64,000 nucleotides of DNA from positions 1,286 to 65,285 of the IMG/VR virus record IMGVR_UViG_3300028797_000169; one strand, given 5' to 3'. Origin of the DNA: a virus. Taxonomy: Duplodnaviria; Caudoviricetes. Made by a program: the position numbers and the translations under genes. Under the pieces are notes generated by a model. It did not search any database. It was given only the letters and a program-made list of their open reading frames with translations, and had not been told where the DNA came from. Positions 1-8,125 of the stretch are shown here, one piece after another. Every line of letters starts with the position of its first letter. Position 1 is the first letter of the stretch.

Positions 1-20
1 AAGCGAAAAGACACGGTCAT

Positions 21-39
21 GTAAGGTGCAAATCCTTAC
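21..39 (+). ncRNA. T-arm-like hairpin, possibly the 3' part of a tRNA or tRNA-like element truncated by the window edge
   Basis: GTAAGG-TGCAAAT-CCTTAC: 6-bp stem with a 7-nt T-loop-like loop, just upstream of a tRNA cluster. No complete cloverleaf visible. Confidence 0.25.
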
Positions 40-239
40 CTGCTATTAAATAGGAATAAACTCCCTCGGGGACTAAGGATATCAACAAGTTCATTTTCTC
101 ATTTCCATTGGCGTTTAGCCCGCATAAATATAAATCAATTTCCCTTAGTTGTCCGTTAAAGTGAATAAGATATGGTTAACAGGTTGTTAAAGTGCATCTA
201 TATTTGCAAAAGGAGTTTTTAATAAAAACATTTTAATAT

Positions 240-313
240 TGAACATTAGTGTAATGGTAGCACAATTGCCTTTGGAGCAATTAGTTTAAGTTCGAACCTT
301 AAATGTTCAGCCA
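240..313 (+). tRNA. tRNA-Gln(UUG)
   Basis: Acceptor TGAACAT/ATGTTCA, anticodon arm AATTGC-CT[TTG]GA-GCAATT, T arm TTAAG-TTCGAAC-CTTAA, encoded G-CCA end. Confidence 0.93.
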
Positions 314-371
314 GAGATTTCTATGTGTTGTGTTCCATAGAATATCTCCTTTCTGATTTGATTTGACACGT

Positions 372-835
372 TGTCGGCGGCGTGGATAAATAATCACCGA
401 CACTTAGCACTTTTGAGTGTGCGACGGGTAGCACGGTGTTGGACGCCTATCGGTAATGAAGTTAGCAACTTTATTGCGCGGTAGTCGTTCGCTAAGACAC
501 AAGAGCGGGTTCGAGGCCCGTAAAAGTGGAACAGGCTTATTTTATAGACAATGGTACTTGCCATTTTTCTGCGCCTGGCAAATTGCAAGTTGTAAAACAG
601 AAAAACGGGATGTAGCCCTAGGTGACTTTTTCGGACACGGCGTTTTCAAGCAAGGTAGCGGGAGGAAAAAGCCGTGATAGTTTTAGAGTGTGAGGTTAAC
701 TCTAAACCGCCTACTCATTGAGAATGGGTGATTGGTCAATAAGTTTAGGTTCTGACGAGGGCTTAAATTTAGTGGTTGATAAGTGTTCGAGGCTAGAAGT
801 GAAGTACAAGCGGCTAGTTGAGGCACATTCTCAAT
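372..835 (+). ncRNA. Candidate large structured ncRNA between tRNA genes (ROOL/GOLLD-like class or novel)
   Basis: No credible ORF or RBS. Dense helices: 372-377/397-402, 453-463/467-477, 505-510/516-521 (TTCGAG loop), 556-561/585-590, 682-689/699-706, 717-726/826-835 (perfect 10 bp, long range), 740-752/759-771. Confidence 0.6.
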
Positions 836-871
836 TTGTTGGAAGATAGTTTAGCGGCTATCTTCCAACAA
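836..871 (+). other. Perfect 14-bp hairpin between the ncRNA candidate and tRNA-Met (processing or boundary signal)
   Basis: TTGTTGGAAGATAG (836-849) / CTATCTTCCAACAA (858-871); no U-tract follows. Confidence 0.6.
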
Positions 872-875
872 TATG

Positions 876-953
876 TGCAGAGGAGTGAAACGGAAAATCA
901 TTCGAGGCTCATAACCTCTGAGATAGTGGGTTCGACTCCCACCTCTGCTCCCA
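876..953 (+). tRNA. tRNA with CAU anticodon (Met; initiator-like 1:72 mismatch)
   Basis: Acceptor GCAGAG/CTCTGC with T876 x T949 mismatch, anticodon loop CT[CAT]AA, T arm GTGGG-TTCGACT-CCCAC, encoded CCA. Confidence 0.88.
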
Positions 954-980
954 CAAGAAGAAGTATCTAACAGTCAAAAT

Positions 981-1057
981 GCTTACTTAGCCCAATCGGC
1001 AGAGGCACAGGACTTAAAATTCTGATAGTGTGGGTCCGACTCCCACAGTAAGCACCA
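981..1057 (+). tRNA. tRNA-Leu(UAA), short variable loop
   Basis: Acceptor GCTTACT/AGTAAGC, anticodon arm CAGGA-CT[TAA]AA-TTCTG, T arm GTGGG-TCCGACT-CCCAC, A-CCA end. Confidence 0.9.
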
Positions 1058-1102
1058 GGAGACACCTCCACATAGTGTCACCTCCTTTTTAAAATTTGTT
1101 TT

Positions 1103-1134
1103 TGACGGCAGGTTTTCTGACAGGCCTGCCGTCA
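1103..1134 (+). other. 10-bp hairpin directly upstream of the RBS of the Cas4-like gene
   Basis: TGACGGCAGG / CCTGCCGTCA inverted repeat, followed by AAGGAG and ATG at 1152. Confidence 0.5.
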
Positions 1135-1151
1135 TATAAAGGAGAAAAACA

Positions 1152-1955
1152 ATGGCTAGAAAAAGTTTGAATAATGTTATAAAACTGCTGGACAGGGCGA
1201 ACAAAGATGTTCCCATTGAACAGCAGTTTTTGGACGATTTAAAAAAGTCAATAGAAATATCAGACCAGAAGAACGCAAGGAAACCATCACAATCATACAA
1301 GCCTAGTTCTATGAACTGTAAAAGGCAAATGTACTATACAGTTATGGGCTATGAGGCGGCAAATGAGAGTAATTATACAATGATAGGTATTTGTGAGGCT
1401 GGTTCTGACCGGCACGAAAGAATACAGAACGCCATTTCTCAGATGAAGGACAACGGATTTGATTGCACCTATGTAGATGTGGGTGATTATGTGAAGTCAA
1501 GGGGATTGGACAGTTATCTTGATATAGTAGAAAAGCAAGGTAATGAAACAAAACTTTATGACAAGGAGAGGAATATTAGTTTTCTTTGTGACGGTATAAT
1601 CAAGTATCAAGGCAAGTATTATATCGTAGAATTTAAAACCGAAAGTTCTTTTAAATGGAAAGATAGAAAGGGTGTGGACCCTAAGCATTATAATCAAGCA
1701 AGAACGTATAGTTTGGAACTTAAATTAGATAGCGTTATTTTCGTCTATATCAACAGGGACATAGTAGATATGAAAAGTTATATGTATGTTGTAACGGAAC
1801 GCGAGAGAACGCAAATTAAAGCACTTATAGACGAAGTACAAAGTTACGTTGATAAGCAACAAACTCCACCTAAGCAACAAGACTTACCAACTAGTCAATG
1901 TGCTTATTGTGGCTTTAAAGACAGATGTAAAAAGGACGGTGATTACGATTACTAA
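1152..1955 (+). CDS. Cas4-like PD-(D/E)xK exonuclease
   Basis: PSSMNCKRQ (N-terminal Cys), DGII...IVEFKT nuclease motif, QARTY, C-terminal CAYCGFKDRC (Fe-S-type Cys pattern); RBS AAGGAG. Confidence 0.8.
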   Translation: MARKSLNNVIKLLDRANKDVPIEQQFLDDLKKSIEISDQKNARKPSQSYKPSSMNCKRQMYYTVMGYEAANESNYTMIGICEAGSDRHERIQNAISQMKDNGFDCTYVDVGDYVKSRGLDSYLDIVEKQGNETKLYDKERNISFLCDGIIKYQGKYYIVEFKTESSFKWKDRKGVDPKHYNQARTYSLELKLDSVIFVYINRDIVDMKSYMYVVTERERTQIKALIDEVQSYVDKQQTPPKQQDLPTSQCAYCGFKDRCKKDGDYDY

Positions 1956-2463
1956 GAAAGTTACTAAGGGAAAAAAGTTTGAGGAGATTTTTAAAGAGGC
2001 TATTCAACAAGTTCCAAATGTGTCAATAGACAGAATACACGACCAAACTACAAGATATAAAGGTAGTAAGAACGTTTCTGATTTTATTACATATAAATAT
2101 CCAAGACAATATTATTTTGAATGTAAGACCACTTCCTGCACTTCTTTATCTTTTGATAATATTACTCAATGGCAAGCCTTGTTAGAGAAGTCACGAATAT
2201 ACGGAGTATCTGCCGGTGTTGTAATCTGGTTCTATGCAAAGGACGTCACGATATTTGTAGATATACGCCTATTAGAGTGTATGCGTCAAGAAGGATACAA
2301 GTCTATTTCTTATGATGAGCATTGGTCCTTAGATGAAAGGATAAGCGATTGGGCGGACTATTATTGTAAGATAAAGGGCAAAAAGAAGTTGATTTATTTT
2401 GATTATGATATGGAGAGATTTTTTAACTCTTTAGAAAATATGTACAAGGAGGACAAACCGTGA
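1939..2463 (+). CDS. recU: RecU-like Holliday junction resolvase
   Basis: GKKFEE, SDF, YFECKTT and FDNITQWQAL motifs; start probably GTG 1939 rather than 1849. Confidence 0.75.
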   Translation: MITITKKVTKGKKFEEIFKEAIQQVPNVSIDRIHDQTTRYKGSKNVSDFITYKYPRQYYFECKTTSCTSLSFDNITQWQALLEKSRIYGVSAGVVIWFYAKDVTIFVDIRLLECMRQEGYKSISYDEHWSLDERISDWADYYCKIKGKKKLIYFDYDMERFFNSLENMYKEDKP

Positions 2464-2978
2464 GCATTTATGATGATTTAGACCTTGAAAAGGTTAGCAG
2501 TATTAAACTTCACGTTGAGGACAATTCAACATTAATGGATACAATCGTTGACGAGATTATTCAACCATATGTTAGAGACCTTGATAAGTATGTGTTGTTT
2601 ATTAAGGACTGTCTTAAAGACGGAGAGAACCCACCTACTGATACAGAGTTAGAGGATTTCTGTATGAACCTTTCTGCCTATATTTACTTTGCGGGCGGAA
2701 TGTGCGAACAGTTAGGTATCCGTGATGATATTGCCAAGGCAGTTTACAAGGAAGTTTATAACTCTTCAAGAGACAGCCATTCGGGCACAATCAACGACAA
2801 GAATAGTAAAGCAGAGTTGGATTCCCAACAAGAACAACTGGTGTCTATTTGTTATGCTAGGGCATACAAGATAGTTAAATCTAAAGTCGAGAACGCACAG
2901 GAACTTTTATCTTCGTGTAAGAAAGTATTATCTCGAAGGATGCAGGAGCAAAGTCTTACGCATATAATAAATAATTAA
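2460..2978 (+). CDS. Hypothetical helical protein in the recombination module
   Basis: 172-aa ORF translationally coupled to recU; RBS AGGAGG. Confidence 0.7.
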   Translation: MSIYDDLDLEKVSSIKLHVEDNSTLMDTIVDEIIQPYVRDLDKYVLFIKDCLKDGENPPTDTELEDFCMNLSAYIYFAGGMCEQLGIRDDIAKAVYKEVYNSSRDSHSGTINDKNSKAELDSQQEQLVSICYARAYKIVKSKVENAQELLSSCKKVLSRRMQEQSLTHIINN

Positions 2979-2990
2979 GGAGAAGTATTT

Positions 2991-4040
2991 ATGGGATTTA
3001 AGTTAGATAGTTTAATGGCAGATTTAAACAAAAAGGCAAAAGAAGAAATCATTTCCAAAGGCATAAACTCGTTTGATGGTTATGACAAGATACCATTCAC
3101 ATCTCCTAGAATGAACTATTGCACGTTTGGCGGTATTCCTGTGGGCAAGTTCACAGAGTTCTTTGGAGAAGAGCATGGTGGTAAAACCACAAGCGCATTG
3201 GACATTGTCGCAAACTTTCAGGAAATGGAACGTAGACGGGCAGAAGATGATACGAACTATGTAGAAAGGTCCGTTTTGTATTGTGATTGTGAAAATGCTT
3301 TGAATGAAGAATGGGCTCGTAAGTTAGGTGTTGATGTTGATAGTATGTATGTACTTCAACCCAAGGAACAGAGCGCAGGAGAAATATTTGACCTTATTCT
3401 TTCAGTAATAGAAACAGGGGAGTGTGGTTTGTTTGTTATTGATAGTATAGGTGCCATGATTAGTAAGCAGGAACTTGATAAGGATATCGAGGACTCAACC
3501 TATGCAGGGATTTCCATGGCACTTACTAAGTTCTGTAAGAAGGCTAACCTGCTAATGAAGAAGTATAACGTGACTGGTATAGGTATTAATCAGGTGCGTG
3601 ATGACATGAATAATCCTTGGGGCGGATATACAACGCCTGGTGGAAAAGCATGGAAACATCTGTGCATGGTAAGATTACGATTTACCAGAGGGGCTTTCTT
3701 TGATAAAAATTACACTGACTTAACAAGAAGTGCGGAGTCTCCTGCAGGCAATCACGTTAAAATGAGTATCGAAAAAATTAAGAGTGCTCCGCCTACAAGG
3801 CGTACAGGAGAATACATACTCCGCTACGACATTGGAGTTGATTATCTTTATGACTTAATAGATGTTGCAATTAAATATAATGTCATAGAGAAGTCGGGCT
3901 CGTGGTATTCTTATATTGATACTAACGGCGAGGTTATAGAAAAGGTACAAGGAATATTTAAGATGTATGATATTCTTTCCGAAAACAGAGAACTTCGTGA
4001 GGAAGTGGAAATACGGGTAAATGCCTGCATAAATATATAA
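2991..4040 (+). CDS. recA: RecA/UvsX-family recombinase
   Basis: Walker A GEEHGGKTT, Walker B VIDSIGAM, INQVR, PGGKAWKH and KIK motifs. Confidence 0.95.
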   Translation: MGFKLDSLMADLNKKAKEEIISKGINSFDGYDKIPFTSPRMNYCTFGGIPVGKFTEFFGEEHGGKTTSALDIVANFQEMERRRAEDDTNYVERSVLYCDCENALNEEWARKLGVDVDSMYVLQPKEQSAGEIFDLILSVIETGECGLFVIDSIGAMISKQELDKDIEDSTYAGISMALTKFCKKANLLMKKYNVTGIGINQVRDDMNNPWGGYTTPGGKAWKHLCMVRLRFTRGAFFDKNYTDLTRSAESPAGNHVKMSIEKIKSAPPTRRTGEYILRYDIGVDYLYDLIDVAIKYNVIEKSGSWYSYIDTNGEVIEKVQGIFKMYDILSENRELREEVEIRVNACINI

Positions 4041-4066
4041 ATATACTACTATATATCATAATACAG

Positions 4067-4098
4067 TAGCACCTATATTTTATGGGTGCTATTTTTTT
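4067..4098 (+). terminator. Rho-independent terminator after recA
   Basis: TAGCACCTATA / TATGGGTGCTA stem followed by T7. Confidence 0.85.
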
Positions 4099-4110
4099 AT
4101 TTACCACGTA

Positions 4111-4200
4111 TTGCATTCCATTATAACGTGTTGTATAATGTTTACAGTAGAGTAGTATATAGTTAGGCTCTACCATAGAAATCAAATCATTTAAAGGAGG
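4111..4200 (+). promoter_or_regulatory. Sigma-A promoter with conserved early leader (copy 1)
   Basis: TTGCAT-17-TATAAT, GTTTACAGTA, hairpin GTAGAG/CTCTAC, AAATCAAATCA, AAGGAGG. Confidence 0.85.
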
Positions 4201-4208
4201 CTATTCGT

Positions 4209-4598
4209 ATGGCACTATACTGGGATTGGGAAAAGAAGGTTGGTGAGGCAATCTTCGAGAACGTTGAAGGTAAGGTTTACAACATCAACTTGTATCAGGG
4301 AAATGCGTTCCTCATTTTCATCAATGAGTACAAGGAAACAGACAAGGACGGAGTGGAGCACAATATGTATAATCTTCATTCGTTCTTTGCGGACGAGGCA
4401 CACGCCAAGAACTGTTTGGGGTTGACAAAGGGTTGCTCCAATATCTTCGTAGACGGGTTTACGGTTCTGAAGAAGATAAGGCTGGATAAGTCACGTTATC
4501 CCCATACTAGCAAACTTATCAGTATGTTGGTCAAGGCGTTTGATGAGTTGGATATCGAACTTTACAAGGAAGAGGTTAAGGAGGAGGTAGTAGCATGA
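4209..4598 (+). CDS. Early hypothetical protein
   Basis: 129-aa ORF with strong RBS directly behind the promoter. Confidence 0.8.
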   Translation: MALYWDWEKKVGEAIFENVEGKVYNINLYQGNAFLIFINEYKETDKDGVEHNMYNLHSFFADEAHAKNCLGLTKGCSNIFVDGFTVLKKIRLDKSRYPHTSKLISMLVKAFDELDIELYKEEVKEEVVA

Positions 4599-4900
4599 CA
4601 TATCAGATTTGGCAGGCTCCGGTTGAAGAGCCTTTCGTATTTAGGGATTATGAGTTCGCACAGAGGAAGGTTGAGGACTTTGCAAACAATTGGCAAGGTC
4701 ATTATGAAAAGGTATATGAAGGCGACCTTGACGCGGCTGAGATTGATAACATAAGGGACGCCCTTGAATTACTGTTTCATATCTTTAATGTGGACCACCC
4801 AAAGGATTATGAGGCTAGGTCTCTTTCAGTATCGGATATTGTAGTCTTGGACGAAGAGCCTTTCTACTGCGACAGTTTTGGCTGGAAGGGGGTGGAGTGA
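4595..4900 (+). CDS. YodL-like domain protein
   Basis: YEKVYEG...FHIFNVDHPKDYEARSLSVSDIVVL...FYCDSFGW is the typical YodL signature. Confidence 0.75.
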   Translation: MTYQIWQAPVEEPFVFRDYEFAQRKVEDFANNWQGHYEKVYEGDLDAAEIDNIRDALELLFHIFNVDHPKDYEARSLSVSDIVVLDEEPFYCDSFGWKGVE

Positions 4901-5199
4901 TGTTCGGTAATAATTGTAGTCGGTGTAAGCATTACTGGAGGGATGACTCCGTCGGAGACGTGGATTGTTTGTGTCCGGAAATCACGGAGGGCGAGTTGGA
5001 GCAGCATTTTACTTATGATGAACCGGGTTGTCCTCATTTTGAGGAATATGTCGCGGAGCCGGAACAGTGGATATTTTGCCATGATTGTCGCCACTATGAG
5101 AACGGCGGGTGTAAACTGCACGGGTACAACCAAAAGCAACTATCACAGTTATACGATTGTACGGAAATGGAGTATCCTGACAATAGAGAGGAGGTTTAG
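4897..5199 (+). CDS. Cys-rich early hypothetical protein
   Basis: CSRCKHY, CHDCRHY and other Cys pairs; coupled to the upstream gene. Confidence 0.7.
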   Translation: MMFGNNCSRCKHYWRDDSVGDVDCLCPEITEGELEQHFTYDEPGCPHFEEYVAEPEQWIFCHDCRHYENGGCKLHGYNQKQLSQLYDCTEMEYPDNREEV

Positions 5200-5201
5200 C
5201 C

Positions 5202-5426
5202 GTGTGTAAGTATTGTGTTAATAAGGACGGGGAGTTGGGTACTCCACTTATTCATTCGTCTAGGAAGTTAGGACCTATTTCTGTTGAGTTAGATGTTTGG
5301 GTTTGGAATAAGTACGGACACGGAGGTTTATGGTACACAGTTGACTTAGCCGGTGAGACCATAATGGAATTTAACCAGAAGATTAAGTATTGTCCGAGGT
5401 GCGGACGTGATTTGGAGGTGATGTAA
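5202..5426 (+). CDS. Small zinc-ribbon protein
   Basis: MCKYC...IKYCPRCGRDL. Confidence 0.7.
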   Translation: MCKYCVNKDGELGTPLIHSSRKLGPISVELDVWVWNKYGHGGLWYTVDLAGETIMEFNQKIKYCPRCGRDLEVM

Positions 5427-5623
5427 TGGCACATTGGCACGGATATATGCGTAATGGTTGGTATGCCATTGGTGTGGATGACGAGGATATAAATCACTAT
5501 CAGTGGTTTGAAACACAGGAAGAGGTTGAGAATTTTGTGTCAACTCACTTAGAGGAACACGAGGAGTGGACGATTGAACATTGGGATAAGGACACGCTTG
5601 TTTTGGTGAAAACTTTTACTTGA
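5426..5623 (+). CDS. Acidic early hypothetical protein
   Basis: 65 aa, RBS GGAGG, coupled start. Confidence 0.65.
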   Translation: MAHWHGYMRNGWYAIGVDDEDINHYQWFETQEEVENFVSTHLEEHEEWTIEHWDKDTLVLVKTFT

Positions 5624-5690
5624 CATCCGTAAGCCTATCATGTAGTATAATATTAGATAGAAGTGTTCTATCCACATCAAATCAAGGAGG
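5620..5690 (+). promoter_or_regulatory. Sigma-A promoter with conserved early leader (copy 2)
   Basis: TTGACA-17-TAGTAT(AAT), hairpin GATAGAA/TTCTATC, ATCAAATCA, AGGAGG. Confidence 0.8.
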
Positions 5691-5699
5691 TCATGGAAA

Positions 5700-5837
5700 A
5701 TGACAAAAAAGGAATTAATTCAGTTGGCAAAGGAACTTTACAACGAAGGTTGTACACGCGAAGAGGTTGAGGAAATTCTCGCGAGAATAGAGTGTGGTTA
5801 CTCCGTTGATAGCGCCATTCAGGCCGTATTGTGTTAA
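5700..5837 (+). CDS. 45-aa early protein (below the ORF-track cutoff)
   Basis: MTKKELIQLAKELYNEGCTREEVEEILARIECGYSVDSAIQAVLC; GGAGG 9 nt upstream. Confidence 0.65.
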   Translation: MTKKELIQLAKELYNEGCTREEVEEILARIECGYSVDSAIQAVLC

Positions 5838-5849
5838 GGATGTGTTTGT

Positions 5850-6167
5850 ATGGCAATTAAGGTAACAAGGAAGTCCCAACTTCGTGAACTCGCATACGCA
5901 CATAGGAGATGGGAGAGAAGTTCGGATTGTGAACTGTATCACGTTTACGGCAGGTATTCGCAGGCAAAGGCTAATGCTTGGGAGTATTGCAAGGAACTAG
6001 AGAGTAAGTTTACAGGAACTGGTCTTAGGATTATAGGACATAATTCGTGTTTCTTCTCTTGCGGTTTTGAAGGACTGGACCCGGAAACAGGTGAACTTAT
6101 CTTTATGTATATCACGGCGAGCAAGGATTGGTATGCGCCGCTTACTGATATTGAGGAGGTGGAATAA
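5850..6167 (+). CDS. Early hypothetical protein
   Basis: 105-aa ORF in the operon. Confidence 0.7.
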   Translation: MAIKVTRKSQLRELAYAHRRWERSSDCELYHVYGRYSQAKANAWEYCKELESKFTGTGLRIIGHNSCFFSCGFEGLDPETGELIFMYITASKDWYAPLTDIEEVE

Positions 6168-6172
6168 TAGAA

Positions 6173-6253
6173 ATGTTAGGATATATCTTGATGGGTATGC
6201 TCTATATCATATTCACAACCATTTTGGCAATACTTGCGTTTGAGGAGGCTTAA
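6173..6253 (+). CDS. 26-aa hydrophobic single-TM peptide
   Basis: MLGYILMGMLYIIFTTILAILAFEEA; GAGGAGG upstream; fills the gap exactly. Confidence 0.45.
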   Translation: MLGYILMGMLYIIFTTILAILAFEEA

Positions 6254-6254
6254 T

Positions 6255-6449
6255 ATGAACGAGGAATTAAAGAAAATTGTCCATGATATGGTCAGGGACG
6301 TAGTAAATACAGTTAAGGACAAAGGACTGGATATAACTTACATTGATATGGCATGGTGTGATGAACCTGATTGTCATTATATCATGGTTAGCGCAATGAA
6401 GGACGGCAAGACTGTATTTAGTAGTCACGAGGTGTTGGATGAAGAATGA
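6255..6449 (+). CDS. Early hypothetical protein
   Basis: RBS GAGGAGG, ATG 6255. Confidence 0.65.
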   Translation: MNEELKKIVHDMVRDVVNTVKDKGLDITYIDMAWCDEPDCHYIMVSAMKDGKTVFSSHEVLDEE

Positions 6450-6663
6450 GTGGAGACAAGATTTAGTCTATGAAAGGTTGGAAGGGGCATACCGTAAGAA
6501 ATATATGTTTAGATATGCTCCTCCAGACGGAGTAAACAAAAGATATAAGGTTGTGGATATGGACCTAAATAAGTCTTTTGTAGTAAACAGTAAGGAAGTG
6601 GCTTCAAAGATATACTCGGAGACACTTTATAGAAACCATATGGCACAGTTATACGAGATTTAA
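6439..6663 (+). CDS. Early hypothetical protein
   Basis: 74-aa ORF overlapping the upstream stop. Confidence 0.6.
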   Translation: MKNEWRQDLVYERLEGAYRKKYMFRYAPPDGVNKRYKVVDMDLNKSFVVNSKEVASKIYSETLYRNHMAQLYEI

Positions 6664-6667
6664 GGAG

Positions 6668-6892
6668 GTGATTTTTGTGCCAAAGTACGATTTAGTAGGA
6701 CAGGATGGAAACGCATTTGCATTAATGGGCTATACGGCTCGGGCATTGAAGAATGAGGGACTTGGAGACCTTGTTCCTGAAATGCAGAAGAAGGCTACTG
6801 AAGGTGATTACTATCACCTGATAGCAGTATGTGACACTTATGTCCAGATGGCTAATGACGCCGCTGGAGAAGATTACGACGAGGAGGAATGA
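6668..6892 (+). CDS. Conserved small phage protein (GxDGNAF family)
   Basis: LVGQDGNAFALMG...GDYYHLI motif, recalled as recurring in phage hypotheticals. Confidence 0.65.
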   Translation: MIFVPKYDLVGQDGNAFALMGYTARALKNEGLGDLVPEMQKKATEGDYYHLIAVCDTYVQMANDAAGEDYDEEE

Positions 6893-7692
6893 CTATGACA
6901 TTTGAAGAATTTAAGGATGAGGTATTTACAAAAGTTAAGGACGCAAGACCTGACCTTACACTTGAACTTACAGAGATAACGAGGTCAGCAGGAGAGAAGT
7001 ACACAGGCATTGCGGTAAGAGGTAGAACACTTGCACCGGTGGTTAATCTCAATGCCTTTTACGAGAACTATAATAACGGATCATCGGTTACGACCGTTGT
7101 AGACGAGGTGTGCAACATCTTTGAGGAAAATGCTACGCCTGAGGGCTTGAATTTTGATCCTGAGGAGACAATCAATTACGACAAGGTAAATCATTTTATT
7201 TTCCCGAGACTTGTACCAAAGAAGGATCAATATCTTGCGTTGCCACATACAGAAGTGGCAGACCTGTTGATTGTGTTTGGTATTCGTATGTTTGAGAATG
7301 ACGACGGCTTTGGTGAAGGTCTTGTAACACAGGATTTGCTTGAGTCCTGGGATGTATCTCCTGAAGAGGTATTAGGACGCTCTATGATTAATCTTTCCTT
7401 GGAGACGTATGAAGACCTGTCTATGGGACCTATGACAATGATTTCCAACAGGTTCAAGTCAAAAGGCGCGGCCATGGCACTTCATCCTGAGGTTATGACC
7501 AAGTATTCAGATTGCTATATCCTTCCATCCAGTATTGATGATATTATCGCAATTCCTAAGGATGCAGTTGATGATGTTGATATGCTTAAGGAAATGGTTA
7601 AGACCGTCAACGACAGCAAGGTTTCGGAGAATATGAGACTTTCCTACAATGTGTACGAATATCGTGACGGAAAATTGGAAGTAGCCGTATAA
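6889..7692 (+). CDS. DUF5688-like protein
   Basis: MTFEEFKDEV...APVVNLNAFYENY...DLLIVF...YILPSSIDDIIAIP...LSYNVYEY resembles DUF5688. Confidence 0.65.
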   Translation: MTMTFEEFKDEVFTKVKDARPDLTLELTEITRSAGEKYTGIAVRGRTLAPVVNLNAFYENYNNGSSVTTVVDEVCNIFEENATPEGLNFDPEETINYDKVNHFIFPRLVPKKDQYLALPHTEVADLLIVFGIRMFENDDGFGEGLVTQDLLESWDVSPEEVLGRSMINLSLETYEDLSMGPMTMISNRFKSKGAAMALHPEVMTKYSDCYILPSSIDDIIAIPKDAVDDVDMLKEMVKTVNDSKVSENMRLSYNVYEYRDGKLEVAV

Positions 7693-7701
7693 GGTTTTAA
7701 T

Positions 7702-7743
7702 AAGGCAGGCGGAGAGGTTCATTTGCTCTCCGTCTGCTTTTTT
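7702..7743 (+). terminator. Rho-independent terminator
   Basis: AAGGCAGGCGGAGAG / CTCTCCGTCTGCTTT followed by a T run. Confidence 0.9.
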
Positions 7744-7778
7744 GTTATTAGCGGATAAAAATATTTCTATGTCCACTA

Positions 7779-7852
7779 TTGTAATCCGTAAGTCCAACAT
7801 GTATAATAATGTTAGATAGAGATAGTCTATCCTGAAAATCAAATCAAAGGAG
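7779..7852 (+). promoter_or_regulatory. Sigma-A promoter with conserved early leader (copy 3)
   Basis: TTGTAA-17-TATAAT, hairpin GATAGA/TCTATC, AAAATCAAATCA, AAGGAG. Confidence 0.85.
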
Positions 7853-7860
7853 AAAAAATT

Positions 7861-8124
7861 ATGCCAAGTAGAGAATTTGTGGAAAGGTCTTGGAATATTC
7901 CATATGACCGGTGGAAGGAATATGCCGTGCCCATTAAGGGTGGGTTTGGTAAGTATTATCGAGTGTGGGCACCTAATAAAACAATGGCAAGACGATTTGC
8001 CGAAGGTGAGATAAATCCTTGGTGTAAAGTTCGTGGTAAGGTAATCGAAATACCTGAAAAGGATTGGGCACTCACATCTTCAAGGTATTATCGTGACCAG
8101 CGTATTAAGGAAGAGGTGACATAA
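7861..8124 (+). CDS. Early hypothetical protein
   Basis: 87 aa, first gene after the promoter. Confidence 0.75.
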   Translation: MPSREFVERSWNIPYDRWKEYAVPIKGGFGKYYRVWAPNKTMARRFAEGEINPWCKVRGKVIEIPEKDWALTSSRYYRDQRIKEEVT

Positions 8125-8125
8125 T

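Noticed and set aside
394-677. ORFs 394-588 (-) and 456-677 (+)
   Set aside because: No RBS, no recognisable motifs, and they overlap the densely base-paired inter-tRNA region, so they are probably spurious
752-758. Hammerhead core-like CTGANGA at 752 and at 11642
   Set aside because: No correctly placed GAAA and stem II/III after either site
372-835. tmRNA, RNase P or group I intron as the identity of the structured region
   Set aside because: No tRNA-like acceptor/T-arm ends with CCA, no tag reading frame, and no recognisable P4 or P7 consensus by eye. A covariance search is still needed to exclude them formally.
983-1300. 105-aa minus-strand ORF
   Set aside because: Antisense to tRNA-Leu and the Cas4-like gene; shadow ORF
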